From NCBI GenBank assembly GCA_965226885.1, contig CBDDEL010000013.1:480001-544000 (forward strand): a DNA stretch of 64,000 bases, given 5' to 3'. Positions 29,320 through 41,808 of this stretch are shown here, in pieces. The position numbers and the translations under genes are program-made. Every line of letters starts with the position of its first letter. The stretch's first letter is position 1. Source of the stretch: Opitutales bacterium. GTDB lineage: Bacteria > Verrucomicrobiota > Verrucomicrobiia > Opitutales > UBA2987. The notes beneath the pieces are model-generated. The model was not told where the DNA came from and did not search any database. It saw only the letters and a list, made by a program, of their open reading frames with translations.

Positions 29320-32300
29320 ATGATAGGCAGAGTAATGGCATTCTTGTGGGCAGGGCTGTTTGTTTTGAACATCCCACTTTGTTTTGCGCAGGAGGAAACC
29401 ACGTCACGGCAAGAGCCGGGCAAAATCAGTGAAAACGGAATTGACCAAAACATTCGTAGCCGGACGGGCGCGCAGCAGTTGATTTTGACCAACGCTTCAA
29501 GAAAGACTGTCACCGTTGCCATTGCCGAGGACATTATCCCATTTCAGTTCGTAGATGAAGATGGAGTTGCGCGGGGCTCACTGGTCGAATTCTGGAGACT
29601 TTGGTCGGCCGTCACGGGGATTGAAGTTGTATTCAAAAGCTCTACCTGGAATGGCTCCATCCAGATGGTAAAAAACGGTGAGGCCGACTATCATGGCGGC
29701 CTGTTTTACAGTGAAGCCCGAGACCAATTCCTAGACTATACCGAACCGATCTTTACCGGGGATAATCACTTCTTTTTCCATCGAAGCATCTTTGGCCTGC
29801 AAAAGGTCGAAGACCTTGCCGGCTTCCAAATCGGTATATTGACGGGAGATTTCGCGGTCAATTATGTGCGAGAACGTCAGCCCGGAGCGCCCGTTATCGA
29901 GTACGACAATTTTGAGGGCATGATGAACGCCGCCCGCAGCGGAGAAGTGCGAATACTTGTTGGCGACACCCTCCCAATCGTCTTTCAATTAGCCCAAAAC
30001 GGCTTATCTTTCAATTAGCCCAAAACGGCTTATTGAAAGACTTTCGTTATCACCCAGAAAGTCCGATATTTGCTCGTGCCTTCCATACCGCATCAGCCGA
30101 GGGTAGGGGTGATATGGTGGAAATATTCAACCAGGGGATTGCGCTCATCCCGACCGCCCAGCGCGCCGCCATCACCGGGCGCTGGGCGGAGCCAACAATG
30201 GACAAGGAGGACGCCCTGGTGATCGCAGCGGCACTGGATTCTCCGCCGCTTACGATGCTCAATGCGCAAGGTGATCCGGCGGGTCTGTTGATCGATTTTT
30301 GGAACTTGTGGTCGGAGAAGACAGGACGGCCAGTGGAGTTCAAATTTGCGATTTGGAATGTGGCGTTGGGGTATATGCAGGATGGAAACGCACAGATTCA
30401 TTGCGGACTGGCTTTATCTGAAGAGCGTGATGTATTTATTGATTACTCCCAACCGTTTTATGGGCTCGAATACCGCTTATTCTATCCATCCGACCTTGGC
30501 CCGGTGGGCGATTTGAGCGAACTCAACGGTTTCAAAGTAGGCGCCTTTAAGGGCACCACGCAGGAGGCATATCTTCGGGAAAATTTGCCAGGGGTGGAAA
30601 CGGTTGTGTTTCTCGACGGTTTGGAGATGATTAACGCAACGATTGCCGGAGAAATCAGGGCCTTTCTGGAAGCCGCTCCCGTCACGGAGGCGTTTCTGAG
30701 CCGTCGCGGTTTGTCCGGCAGCATCACAGCCGATAGTCGCGTTCTCTATAGTGAGGATATGTTTGCCGCAGTTGTCGAGGGTGACAGCGAAATGCTCAAG
30801 TTGGTGGACGAGGGCCTCAGCGCAATCAGCATAGATGAGCTACGAGAAATCGAGCAGCGCTGGATCGCCGATCCCCAAAACCGCTATTTCGAAAGAACCG
30901 AGGGAATGGTGAGACTTACAGGTGAAGAGCGCCAATGGCTGGAAAATCATAACATCCTTCTGGGGGGCGCCGATCCGGAATTTCCTCCCTATGATTTTTT
31001 CGATGCGGAGGGCACTCATGCGGGTATTTCCTCGGATTACGTAAGGTTGATGGAGGAGCGTCTAGGTGTTGATTTTCAAGTAGTTCTCGACCTGGCGTGG
31101 ACGGACATACTGGATCGGGTAAAAGAAAAGACGCTCGATGTCGTTTACTGCATTGCGGAAACGCCGAAGCGAAAAGAATACCTCAATTTTAGCAAACCTT
31201 ACGCTAATTTTCCAATTGTTATAATTACCCGGGCTGATGAAAAATTCATCAGCGGCCTGGACGATCTGGCGGATTTGAGAGTGATGGTGGTTTCTGGTTA
31301 CTCAACACAAGAATCGATCGAAGGAGATTTTCCCGATTTAGACTTGCTGACCGCAGCCACCCCGGAAAAAGCGCTGCGAGCGGTATCGACAGGGGCGGCC
31401 GATGCTTTCGTGGCGTCGCTGGGGGTGGCCAGCTACCTCATCCAGAAGGAAGGCCTGACCAACTTGAAAGTGGCCGCGCCCACCCCTTACACGGTGGAGC
31501 TTTCCTTTGCCGTGCGCAAAGACTGGCCAGAGCTGGTCTCAATTCTGGACAAGGGGCTAGCCTCGATCTCGAAAGAGCAGCGCGATGAAATCTACCGCAA
31601 TTGGATCAGCGTGCGCTTCGACACGAAAACGGATATTGGCGAGCTGTGGCGGGTGGGCCTTCAAGTTGGGGGTGTGGCTGCCATAATTTTGGCCATCGCC
31701 CTGGTCTGGACCTTACAAATGCGGCGCAAGGAAAGAGCTATCAGGGAATCGGAAGAAGCCCTCAAAACGGTCTTCAATTCGGTTTATGACGCCGTCTTTA
31801 TCCACTCCGTGGACGGGCGCGTTATCGACGTAAACGACAAGATGCTGGAAATTTTTCAGGTAAGCCGCGAAGAGGCGGCCCAATACGGCACTTTCCTTCA
31901 TTACTCTGCTCAGGAAAACTCTTCCGAAATCCTGGAATCCCTCTTGCCCGAAGTCATGGAGGGCAAAGTTCATCGCCTGGAGTGGAAAGCGCGGCGGCCC
32001 AAGGACGGCCATGTTTTCGAGGCCGAAATCGTGCTCCGAAAAATAGAATATAAGGACGAGCCAGCCATCCTCGCATGCGTCCGCGACATTACTGAATTCA
32101 AACAAGCCGAGGCAGAACTGAAAAAGGCAAAGCAGCGGGCCGAGGCGGCCAATCAGGCCAAAAGTCTCTTTCTGGCCAATATGAGCCATGAAATTCGCAC
32201 ACCCATGAACGCCATCCTCGGATTCAGCGGGCTCTTACAAAGAGACATCAAAGACTCCAAACAGAAGCGCTTTCTGGAATCGATCGCCTCCAGTGGCCGT

Positions 32301-33659
32301 ACGCTTCTAAGCCTTATCAACGATTTGCTTGACCTTTCCAAGATTGAAGCGGGCAAACTCATTCTCGAACCCGAACCGGTCAGGATATCTGCTCTCTTTC
32401 TGGACATTGGCCACGTATTCGAGATTAAAACGCAGGAAAAAGGTCTGGATTTGCGTGTGGAGATAGACCCCAGCCTGCCGGAGTCTATCCTATTGGACGA
32501 AGTTCGCATGCGCCAGGTGCTATTCAATCTCGTGGGAAACGCCGTCAAATTTACGCCCAAAGGCTACATCAATTTATCGGCTAAGCGTTTAGAATCACAG
32601 GACGATGGAGAAAACTTTGACCTCCTTTTCTCGATTGAAGACTCCGGCGTGGGAATTCCCAAAGAAGATCAAAAACGTATTTTCGAAGCATTCGAGCAGC
32701 AAAGCGGTCAACGCACCCGCCAGTTCGAGGGTTCCGGGCTTGGGCTCGCCATCACCAGACGCCTCGTTGAGATGATGGGAGGTGAAATCACTGTTGAAAG
32801 TGAGTCCGGCAAGGGCAGCAGGTTTACCGTGAGGCTAAAACAAATTGAACCCGCTGCCGTAGTTGAGGCCCATGCTGAGCGACTGTCGCAATCGGATTAC
32901 ATCGTGCGTTTCGAGCCCTCGAAGGTTCTTATAGTTGAAGATAACGTCATGAATCGCTCCTTGATTTATGAATATTTGAACGATTCCGGTCTTGAAGTAA
33001 TTGAAGCTGAAAACGGCGCAGTGGCCCTAGAAATGACTCGGGCTCATCGGCCCAACCTTATTCTGCTCGACCTTAATATGCCCATAATGGACGGTCGCGA
33101 GGCAGCCGCACAGATTCGCGAAGACCCCGATATCGCGGACATCCCGATCGTTGTTCTGACCGCCTCCTCGCAAGCTGGAGAAGAAAATTTAATGACGCAA
33201 TTGGACCTCCAAGGCTTCCTGTTGAAACCAATAGCCAAGGATCACCTCATCGAACATTTGCGGCAGTTTCTCCCCCATCACATCAGCAAAATAAAGTCCG
33301 TCGAGACGGAGGGGAGCGGCCATACTCCAATCTTGGAGACGGTTGACGAAGAGGTTCCAACAATGTCCGCATCGGAGCGGTCACGCCTTCCGAAGTTATT
33401 GGGTATATTGGAGGATGATCTTATGTCGGAGTTCGAGCGGGCGAGCAAACGCTCTCGGCTGGGGCCGATTAAGGAAATCTCGCAAAAGATTGATCGGTTG
33501 GCGCAAGAATTCAAGGTAACTGAATTCACAAATTATGCCGCCAAACTCAACCTCGCGGTGGAAAGCTTCGACGTCGATCAGATGAGTCAAGCCCTCTCCG
33601 AATTCCCTCGAATGGTGGAGTATTTACGTGCATCTATTGAGGACTTGACTCAAAGTTAG
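29320..33659 (+). pseudogene. BvgS/EvgS-like hybrid sensor kinase (3 periplasmic SBP3 domains, TM, PAS, HisKA, HATPase, REC) frameshifted by a 26-bp duplication; ORFs 29320-30018 and 30033-33659
   Basis: FLANMSHEIRTPMN, NLVGNAVKFT, GSGLGLAI, LLDLNMPIMDG; deleting one repeat copy gives one 1437-aa ORF. Confidence 0.88.
29981..30032. repeat. Perfect tandem duplication, 26 bp x2
   Basis: TCTTTCAATTAGCCCAAAACGGCTTA twice. Confidence 0.97.
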
Positions 33660-33673
33660 CCTGTTAGCCTCTT

Positions 33674-34806
33674 ATACCAAATCTCATTAGGTATGATAAT
33701 AAGTTATTTGGCAGAAGCGTTTGCTTGAATGTGCTGCCAGCCTCCGCCAACTAAAGAGAGGACTTTTTCAGTGTCCTCCCACCAGTCTTTGAGATGGGTT
33801 GCGACGACTTCTTCGAGTCGCTCAATGCTCGGCCACAGTTTGTTGGCCGTTTGATCCTGTATCATATCCCAAAGTCTTTCAATCGGGTTGAGTTCAGGAC
33901 TATACGGCGGCAGATTCACGATATGTATGCCCGGGGGGACGTTGGGGTGCTCCGAGTCGTGCGGATGGAAGCCTGCCCCGTCCCATACAACCACATGTTC
34001 CTCCTCAGGATATTGCTTTTTGATCTGTTGGAGGAAAGCCTCCGTCCACTGTAGATTCGTGCTAGGGGTTTGGATGCATACCATCTCGCCGTTGACCACG
34101 TCGAGGGCTCCGTAACAGTAGCTCCACTGGTATCTTGTCTGATATTTTTTGTGCGGCCGAAGCCCTCTTTGCGTCCAGCACCGGCGGTACACCGGAAGCA
34201 AATCAAAACGGCTTTCATCGGCAAACCACACCCGAACCCGATTGCCTCGGGTGAGGGAAAGCTCCTGGAGGATCTTAAAAAAGTCTCGCTTGAACGCTTC
34301 CGCTTTTGCCGAGTCCCGTTTCTCATGCACGGGGCGAGGGACTCGAAGCACCCCGGCGCATTTTTTTAGCCATCGCCACACCGTCTTGTAGGCGAAGGAG
34401 CGCCCGAAATGTCGCTCCAGCTCTTGCCCCGCCTGAACGGCTGTGTTCCAGCGCGCGACCTTCAAACCATTGAGCAAGAAGGCCTCCACCTCTTTGTCGC
34501 AACGGCTTTTGATCCCGCCTTTGTAGGCGCGTGTAAGCACCGCCCCGAGCCCTGCAGCACGATATTTGTCAAACCAACGCTGGATCGTCGCTTTGCCTCG
34601 GCCCACGATGGCTCCAATTTCATCAATGCTGTGGTGCGGCTGGAAGCCCATTTTTAATGCCACCAAACGCTCTTTACGCCAGCCGACAGCCTCTTTGTTG
34701 AGCAATTTCTTGATACGTTCACGGTCTTCATCGGTTCCCATATATCTTCTCATTCCGCCTTTATAGCTGTTTTTTAATCTTTATCAATCCTTTTGCGATT
34801 TGGTAT
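33674..34806 (-). mobile_element. IS630-family element
   Basis: Imperfect 26-bp IR ATACCAAATCnCAnnAGGnnTGATAA at both ends; exact TA target boundary ambiguous by 1-2 bp. Confidence 0.88.
33704..34753 (-). CDS. IS630-family transposase
   Basis: FADESRF, WDGAGFH, LPPYSPELNPIERLW. Confidence 0.95.
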   Translation of the reverse strand: MRRYMGTDEDRERIKKLLNKEAVGWRKERLVALKMGFQPHHSIDEIGAIVGRGKATIQRWFDKYRAAGLGAVLTRAYKGGIKSRCDKEVEAFLLNGLKVARWNTAVQAGQELERHFGRSFAYKTVWRWLKKCAGVLRVPRPVHEKRDSAKAEAFKRDFFKILQELSLTRGNRVRVWFADESRFDLLPVYRRCWTQRGLRPHKKYQTRYQWSYCYGALDVVNGEMVCIQTPSTNLQWTEAFLQQIKKQYPEEEHVVVWDGAGFHPHDSEHPNVPPGIHIVNLPPYSPELNPIERLWDMIQDQTANKLWPSIERLEEVVATHLKDWWEDTEKVLSLVGGGWQHIQANASAK

Positions 34807-34817
34807 TAGAGGGTGTC

Positions 34818-36122
34818 TTACAAGTTCCACCCTAGAAAGATTTGATAATCGAGTATCTTCTCCGTCCCCGTATTAACGCCGTCGTAATCGACGAATCCCA
34901 TTTTGAGTTTGAAGTAGTAGCGGGAACCGAGATTCCTGGTATAAATGATATCAAGCTCCTTGCTTTTATCGACCGGGTTCGAGGAGTGTAGATCGGTGTG
35001 GAGGTAGAGAATATATAGATTATTGCTATTCCAGGCGTAATTGGATTCGACATAGAACGACTGGCTGCCTCCAAAAAAACCGGCGTCCGTTTCGACCATC
35101 GGCTCTTCGATAATCAAACTGGGTTGGAAGGGACTGTGGATGTCGTTGTCTGCGCCGCCGCCGGTGACAATGAAAAACCCTGGTTCGATACGAAAGTCCC
35201 CTTTCTGGAAATTTACGCCGCCCTGAAGCGCATCGGAGCGCAGATCGAATCCTGTAAAATCATCATACCTATCCAATCCGCGCTGTCGGATGTATTTGAT
35301 TTTTATATCCGTCTTGAATGTGTCGGAATCAATAACAGTACCCATGATATTAAGGCCGAAGGTATTATACAGATCGTCTCCGTAGAAATCGTATAAAGTC
35401 AATTCCGCTCGCTCGATTCCCGTATAAGTCACTTCGAAAAACGGCATTCCGTTGGTGGAATAAGGAACACCCTCCACCTTTTCCACCGGATTGAATCCAT
35501 TGGCGGAAGGTCCGTTGGTTAAATCGTCCCTCGATGTCCAACTGCTGAATTTGTCGATAAACCCCAAATCGGCGCTGAAGTTCTGGTTGTTTTCTACATG
35601 CAAGAGGACCGCTTCATAAGACTGGTCTTTTTGGCGAATGTTGTAAGTGCCCGCAAAAACAGTGTGCAAGGCCTGTCTGCCCACTTTAAGGTAAGAGTTC
35701 TTCCATCCCAAGTCGTCCAAGGTGAGGCGGATATAGGCTTTATTCAATATAGAGAAATCCGAATTTGATAAAACATAAGCGGGATCCAAGTTGCCGAAAG
35801 CCAGTCTGTCGCCGGTACTAAGTAATTTCCAGCTATACATGTACTCGCCGCCAACGGAAATGCCCTTGTAGGCGGGACTTTGGTAATTCAGGGAAATGGC
35901 GATTGTGCCGGAATGCAACTCGGTGTCACCTGCGCCGTGATTTTCAAACTTGCGGCCCATGAGGAGGGTTTGCACCCGGCCCGAGAGGTCTCCATAACCC
36001 TCCGTTTTAAGGGTCTTGAAAAGGGGTAAATTGCCTTCCCCTGCAAGTCTGGCAGGGGGCATCAGTAAGAATGCGAAGGCAACCAGGAACAATGGAAAAG
36101 CAATAACCGAAGTGTATTTCAT
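34818..36122 (-). CDS. Outer-membrane beta-barrel porin (OprD-like)
   Basis: Own signal peptide MKYTSVIAFPLFLVAFAFLLMPPARLA; KVGRQ motif; alternating aromatic strands; C-terminal beta-signal YQIFLGWNL. Confidence 0.75.
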   Translation of the reverse strand: MKYTSVIAFPLFLVAFAFLLMPPARLAGEGNLPLFKTLKTEGYGDLSGRVQTLLMGRKFENHGAGDTELHSGTIAISLNYQSPAYKGISVGGEYMYSWKLLSTGDRLAFGNLDPAYVLSNSDFSILNKAYIRLTLDDLGWKNSYLKVGRQALHTVFAGTYNIRQKDQSYEAVLLHVENNQNFSADLGFIDKFSSWTSRDDLTNGPSANGFNPVEKVEGVPYSTNGMPFFEVTYTGIERAELTLYDFYGDDLYNTFGLNIMGTVIDSDTFKTDIKIKYIRQRGLDRYDDFTGFDLRSDALQGGVNFQKGDFRIEPGFFIVTGGGADNDIHSPFQPSLIIEEPMVETDAGFFGGSQSFYVESNYAWNSNNLYILYLHTDLHSSNPVDKSKELDIIYTRNLGSRYYFKLKMGFVDYDGVNTGTEKILDYQIFLGWNL

Positions 36123-36147
36123 AAATGAAGAAGTATTGATTCGATCT

Positions 36148-37520
36148 TCAGGCATCGAATTGGCATCGAATTGCCAAGTTGGCGCGAATTCGTTATCATA
36201 AGTGATCTCGGAATAATAGACCCCTGAAATGAGCATGTCTTCGCGTTTGAGGAGGCCTTTGTTGCGACCGGCCGTCAAAGGGTGTTTGAGACCGCGCGGA
36301 CGCACGAAATAGGTGAGTTTTCCCTTGTTGCCGCCGGTATGGGGCAAGAGGCGGCAAAAATGAATGGTGGGGGCAGATTCCACCTTTATCGGCAGCCCCT
36401 CTTTGATACTGTCGAAAACTACTGCTGAATTCGTTACCCGGTAGTTGTCGTCCGGATCGATATCCATAATATCCAGCGGTATGCGAACATCTGTCAGGTG
36501 ATTATAAGGCGATTTTTCCTGGTCCGTGGTGCAGACGCGCACAATTCCATCGGGAAAGCAGAAGGTGGTGCGGGGGCAGATGCTCTTGACGGAATCCGAA
36601 TAGACCGGTTCCGGGTCTGCGCCAAATAGATCGTTTGTTCTGAACCATACATTGCCCAGATAATTCCTTTGCGTGATGCGGGCCGAAACCAACCAACCGT
36701 TTTTATATGGGAGGATGGCGCCCTCGAAAATACCCATTCCATTGGGGCCATCCAGAATGGGGCCCGTCTCGACCCATTCATAGCGTTTTATAGTATCGTT
36801 CCAGCGGTAAAGAATGGCCGTGCAGGCCGACTTCAAAGTATGCAGTCCGCCACCCCAATGAAGAAGGAATGCCCACTCCGTGCAATCCCCGTTGTAGGGC
36901 ACGGGGACAACATAGCTTTGGTTCATTTGCACGAATTCCTCATGACGGCAAACCGCCGGGCCTTCTTCGTAGCCCTTCTGCCGCAAGGGGGCCACCGGAC
37001 TGATGATTTCTATGTCGTCTTCCGTTTCGTTCAATTTGAATTGCACCCAGTAATCCCGGTAACTTTCCGGCGGCAGCACTTCTTCGGTTTCGTGTAAAAG
37101 GTAATCCCTTTGCCGGTCCAGAACGCGTGGGTTGGCGCGCCAGGAAGCGGCAAAATACCCTCCGTGGGCAGCCCGTTTGCCATTAATAACGGCCCCTTGG
37201 GGGACACCGAAAACAACCGAATGATTGCACAGTTTTACATAATGGCTGCCGTCGCCCAGCGGATCCCAATCCTGATCCGATTTGTCTAGACAGCCCTCCG
37301 ACAATACGGGCCCGTCGGGAGTATCCTTGCGCACCTGGTAAACGACGCTGCGGTTATCGTCGCTCCCGCGAAAAGTGCGGGTTTCGTAAATGACAAACCA
37401 CCGGTTTTGGCTCATCTGGAGGGTGTTATGCTGAGCAGGGACATGGTCGTCCGCTTTGGTTTCGCCCTCCAGGCGGCATTGGTCTATGTAATAACCTTTC
37501 GATTCAATTTTTTCGATCAT
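36148..37520 (-). CDS. Uncharacterised ~450-aa protein, paralog of 59053-60378; stop codon bypassed by an 11-bp duplication
   Basis: MIEKIESKG...; without one GGCATCGAATT copy it ends PTWQFDA-TGA at 36148. Confidence 0.8.
36151..36172. repeat. Perfect tandem duplication, 11 bp x2
   Basis: GGCATCGAATT twice. Confidence 0.95.
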
Positions 37521-37530
37521 AATGATTTTT

Positions 37531-39537
37531 TTATTTTTCTTTGATAAAAATTTGCCATAGGTGGAGCGATCCGCCCCAACCGTGATAATCGTTGTCGTAA
37601 ACGATGTCGTAGGGAACATTTCCCAAACGTTTGCTGGCCGCCCAGGCCCGGTATTGGGAACCGATGCCAATGGCCGGAATATTATCGGTATGGAGGTCCC
37701 GAAACCTCTCCATGTTGGTTTTTATTTTTTCACTGTCGATTGTGGCCAGAGTGGCCAGAACGCCTTTCATCAGCTGGGTCGCTTCCTTCAACCAATCGGG
37801 ACCTTCCCTCCAGGCGTGCCGGTGCCAAAAAGGATTTTGGGGGCTGGTGATGGACCAGTAATTGGGCCGCTGGGGAGGATCGGAAGGGGCGCTGACAGAT
37901 TTCATGGTAACATCAAATTTCCCATTCAAGCCGCGGTCGTAAATTATTTCCTTCTTTCCTCCATTGAGATGGATTTTAATTCCAATATTTTCCCAGTAAC
38001 CTTTAGCGAACTCGCAAACGTCAGCCTCAATCAGTTTATCCGTAGAAAAATCGATCGTTATCTCAAAACGGGAGCCGTCATTGAATTCACGAAACCCATC
38101 GCCATCGTTATCGGAATATCCTGCTTCTTCCAGGAGAGCCATGGCGAGTTGGGGATCGTAATCGGTGTATTTTCGATAGGTTTCTTCGGTGAAATACGGG
38201 CTGCCCCTGTTAAGGGAATATCCGCAAGGTTCCAGAAGAATGCCGTGGTAGAGAATTTGCTTAATCTCCTCTCGATTCAATGCATGCGAGAGTGCTTTTC
38301 GAACCCGAATGTCCCGAAACGCCTCCCTCTGATTGAGCCCGGGCGCATCCCAATTCAGGTATAAGCAGGGGATGTCAGCTGGTCCCATCAGGCCAAGTTC
38401 TATTTTGCCGGCTGTTTCCGCTCCCTTGAGTGTTAAATAATGTTGGGGTTCACTATAGCGTCCGAAAAAATCGATTTCCCCATTAATAAACTTCAGGAGC
38501 ATAATATTGCGGTTTTCATAGACCGTAAATTCCATTCTGTCCGCATAAGGCAATTGGTTGCCTACGGTATCTATTTTCCAGTAATACGGGTTTCGTTCAT
38601 AGACGATTTTTTGGCCACGAACCCATTGAACGGGAATCCAGGCGGAAAGCCTAGGAATTCCTGGTTGTAGAACCAGATTCGCCTGCGAGGTGATCTCCTT
38701 GAAACGTTGGTAAGTGGCCTCCTTGCTGTAACGAGGATGGTGCCGACTTAAAACGTGTTTGGGATAAGCGAATTGGTTATGACAAAAGGAATTCAATACA
38801 CGGGCCAAAGGTTTTTCGGCGGACACTTTAAAAGTCGTATCATCGATTTTATCAATCTTCATCGGTTTGCCGTCCACCAGCCATGTGCTCGGGAAAAGCG
38901 GCATTGTCCGCGCCTCTTCATCGAAGACCATGTCGTAGTACCAGAAAATAATGTCATCGACGGTAAATGGAATCCCGTCCGACCATTTAACCCCCCGGCG
39001 TATTCTAACGATTAATTCCCGCCCATCAGGGGAAAACTGATAACTTTCCGCGAGGTTGAGTTGGAATTTGCCGGGCAGATGGTTTTCGAAACGGAAAAGC
39101 CCGTCATTGAGCGATTTGTTTACCCCTTGTTCCTCGATTATCTCAGTGGCAATCAACCTTCGCAGGGCACCGCCATAGACGCCGGTCTCATTTGCAGGAA
39201 CAACGACCAGAGGATTCTCCGGCAGCCTGTCCGAAACGGGCGGCAATTTCCCATTTTCCACCAGATCCGTTAGCATGGGAGCTTCCTGAAACGAACGGTT
39301 GGCCAAAATTGTCGGATCGATTTTTTCAAGGCGCAATATCCTTTGCATCTGTTCAGATGGGGCGGAGACATTCCCGTCTTGAGAAGCCGATTCCTTTCCT
39401 TTACCCCCTTTCATGCAGCCGGTCTGGATAAAGCACGGAATTAAGAAAGTCAGGAGGACGGCACAGAATTTGAAAAAAGCATGGCCATTTTTAGGATTAA
39501 AGAATCCTCTTTGGCCCCAATCAGTTTTTACAACCAT
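37531..39537 (-). CDS. ABC transporter solute-binding lipoprotein, family 5
   Basis: Lipobox-like QTGC; EAPML...LPPVSDRLPENPLVV; KWSDGIPFTVDDI; RNPYYWKIDTVGNQLPYAD; start uncertain. Confidence 0.92.
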   Translation of the reverse strand: MVVKTDWGQRGFFNPKNGHAFFKFCAVLLTFLIPCFIQTGCMKGGKGKESASQDGNVSAPSEQMQRILRLEKIDPTILANRSFQEAPMLTDLVENGKLPPVSDRLPENPLVVVPANETGVYGGALRRLIATEIIEEQGVNKSLNDGLFRFENHLPGKFQLNLAESYQFSPDGRELIVRIRRGVKWSDGIPFTVDDIIFWYYDMVFDEEARTMPLFPSTWLVDGKPMKIDKIDDTTFKVSAEKPLARVLNSFCHNQFAYPKHVLSRHHPRYSKEATYQRFKEITSQANLVLQPGIPRLSAWIPVQWVRGQKIVYERNPYYWKIDTVGNQLPYADRMEFTVYENRNIMLLKFINGEIDFFGRYSEPQHYLTLKGAETAGKIELGLMGPADIPCLYLNWDAPGLNQREAFRDIRVRKALSHALNREEIKQILYHGILLEPCGYSLNRGSPYFTEETYRKYTDYDPQLAMALLEEAGYSDNDGDGFREFNDGSRFEITIDFSTDKLIEADVCEFAKGYWENIGIKIHLNGGKKEIIYDRGLNGKFDVTMKSVSAPSDPPQRPNYWSITSPQNPFWHRHAWREGPDWLKEATQLMKGVLATLATIDSEKIKTNMERFRDLHTDNIPAIGIGSQYRAWAASKRLGNVPYDIVYDNDYHGWGGSLHLWQIFIKEK

Positions 39538-41764
39538 GCGGCAGGTTTGGTGAGAAATATATTTCCCGCCAAATACCCCGAAATCTCTATCAAATATTGA
39601 TATTTTCATTCCCATTCCAATTGAACTTGCCCTAACACAATTGGGGCAGCATATCATAGTTTGGGGCAGCATATCATTAGTCAAGTTCAAAAGTAATTAT
39701 AATCCCATTATAAGCACACTGTAAGGGTTTACCCTTCAACCATGAACTACCTTTCCATGAATTTATTTACTAACGCGAAGGATGACAATGAGATTTATTA
39801 GTTTCACTCTCTGCCAACAACTTAGCCTGGCGGCATGGCTGGGCTCTTGTCTAATCGGTTTTGCTGATTCGCCAATAGACCAAACCAATTCCGTTGGCAT
39901 GAAAATGATTCGGCTGGAAGGGGGATCTTATCAGATGGGCTCAAAAATATCGGGTAAAAGCGACCGGTTTTCATTTCCATTTGTCAAGGCCGATAATCTC
40001 TCAAAGATGCCGCCTGACTGGGACGAATTTCCCCGCCACAAAGTGACTATCAGTAAACCATTTTACATCTCAGAGACCGAAGTCACAACAGAACAATACT
40101 GGAAATTCAAGCCTCATTACAAAGGCTCGAAAAATTATCAACCTTACGTTACCGGAGTGAGTTGGCATGAGGCCATGGCTTATTGCCGGTGGTTGAGTGA
40201 AAAAGAGGGAAAGCCCTACCGCCTGCCGACCGAGGCGGAATGGGAGTATGCCTGCCGGGCGGGAACCGGTACACCTTTTTCTTCGGGCGATGAGCTGCCG
40301 GAACCGGATTCGCCCAACTCATGGGGGCTGCTCAACATGCACTCAGGCGTGGTCGAGTGGTGCCTGGACTGGCACGGCGTTTATCCGCACGACGACCGGG
40401 TCGATCCGGCAGGTCCTGCTCACGGGTTTGTCCGCGTTGTTCGTGGCGGCCCTCTTGATCGGGAAGAAAGGATGCTGTTCCGGTTAAGCTCATTTTACAG
40501 ACGTTCCGCCAATCGCGCCGGAATGGCCCCTGGATTCCGGCAGATTCCCTCACAGGATGGAGAGGATGCGACGCCGAAAGATTTTTCCCAACCTGAAAAT
40601 GGTGCTTTTTTTCCGGGCTTAGTGGGGAATTTTTACAATAGCTCTTATTTAACCCGCCCGTCGAGTATTTGGCCAGTAGAGGTTATTAACTCCGATCAAA
40701 TGGATTGGGAGTCGAGCAATGATTGGTCGGCTGTATGGAGAGGATTTTTGGAAGCCCCCATGACGGGTTCGATTGAATTTTTTGCCGAGGTGAACAATGG
40801 CCTGCGGGTGGAAATCGACGGCCGAGTTGTTATCGATGGTTGGGAGTCAGGTTCGGAACTTAAAGGCGTTTTTACCATGGAAAAAGGCAGGAAATATCCA
40901 TTTAAACTTTCCCTTTTCACGGATGGCGGAGGCTCCTTTCTGCGTTTGTATTGGACCCATTCGGGGCAGAAGAAAACGATCGTTCCGGCAAAGGCATTCT
41001 GGCATTCCGATGCGGACAAGCATTTTGTCGGCGATGAAGTTATGAAAAGCAAAAAACCACGGGAAAATCCAATTGGTTTTCGCGTCGTGCAGGCGCCCAT
41101 GCCGACCACTCAACCGCATCCCTTCGAAGTGCCTTTTGCCATGCAGGGCGTTCGTCAAAATGTTGCCCATGTAAAGAAAGGACCCTCGCCGGAAAAACCG
41201 TATTTCCGCAAACGGGTCATGCTCCCGATTCCACTGGAAAACAGTTCCCGTGAAGCCATCGACGCCGCCGGGTTTCATCCTTCTTTTCGAGGTCACAATC
41301 ATAGTCCGGCTCTGGAAGTTTGTTCCAATGGAGACCTTTTATTGGTCATTTACACTTCCTACAATGAGTATGAACCAGGGGTTTCCTTGATGGCTGCCAG
41401 GCTAAGGTTCGGGGCGGATCAATGGGACATGCCTACGCCATTTATGGATTTTCCCGATGCCAACGACCACGCCCCTCTTCTTTGGAATGATAACGGCAAA
41501 CTACACTTTTTTTGGGGCAATCCTCAACTTGACGGCGGTTATCCCTTCCAATGGACGGTTTCGACTAATAACGGCGCTTCGTTTGAAGAGATAAAATTTC
41601 CGGTTTTTGACGGCCCGGTATTATCGCATTTTCGCCAGCCCATTAATTCGGCCTTTCGGGGATTGGATAGTACCCTCTATGTAGCCAGCGATGGAGTAGG
41701 CGGCACCTCCGTCCTCTGGGCGAGTAAGGATGACGGAGCCACCTGGTTCGATACGGGCGGTCGC

Positions 41765-41808
41765 AGCGGCGGTCGCCACACCACCTAGCGGCGGTCGCCA
41801 CACCACCT
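41765..41808. repeat. Perfect tandem duplication, 22 bp x2
   Basis: AGCGGCGGTCGCCACACCACCT twice. Confidence 0.97.

Noticed and set aside
34818..37670. 950-aa ORF as a single conserved gene
   Set aside because: Two genes joined by an 11-bp duplication, plus a 50-aa upstream over-extension
39782..41100. Diversity-generating retroelement target (FGE-type lectin fold)
   Set aside because: No reverse transcriptase or template/variable repeat pair seen in the window
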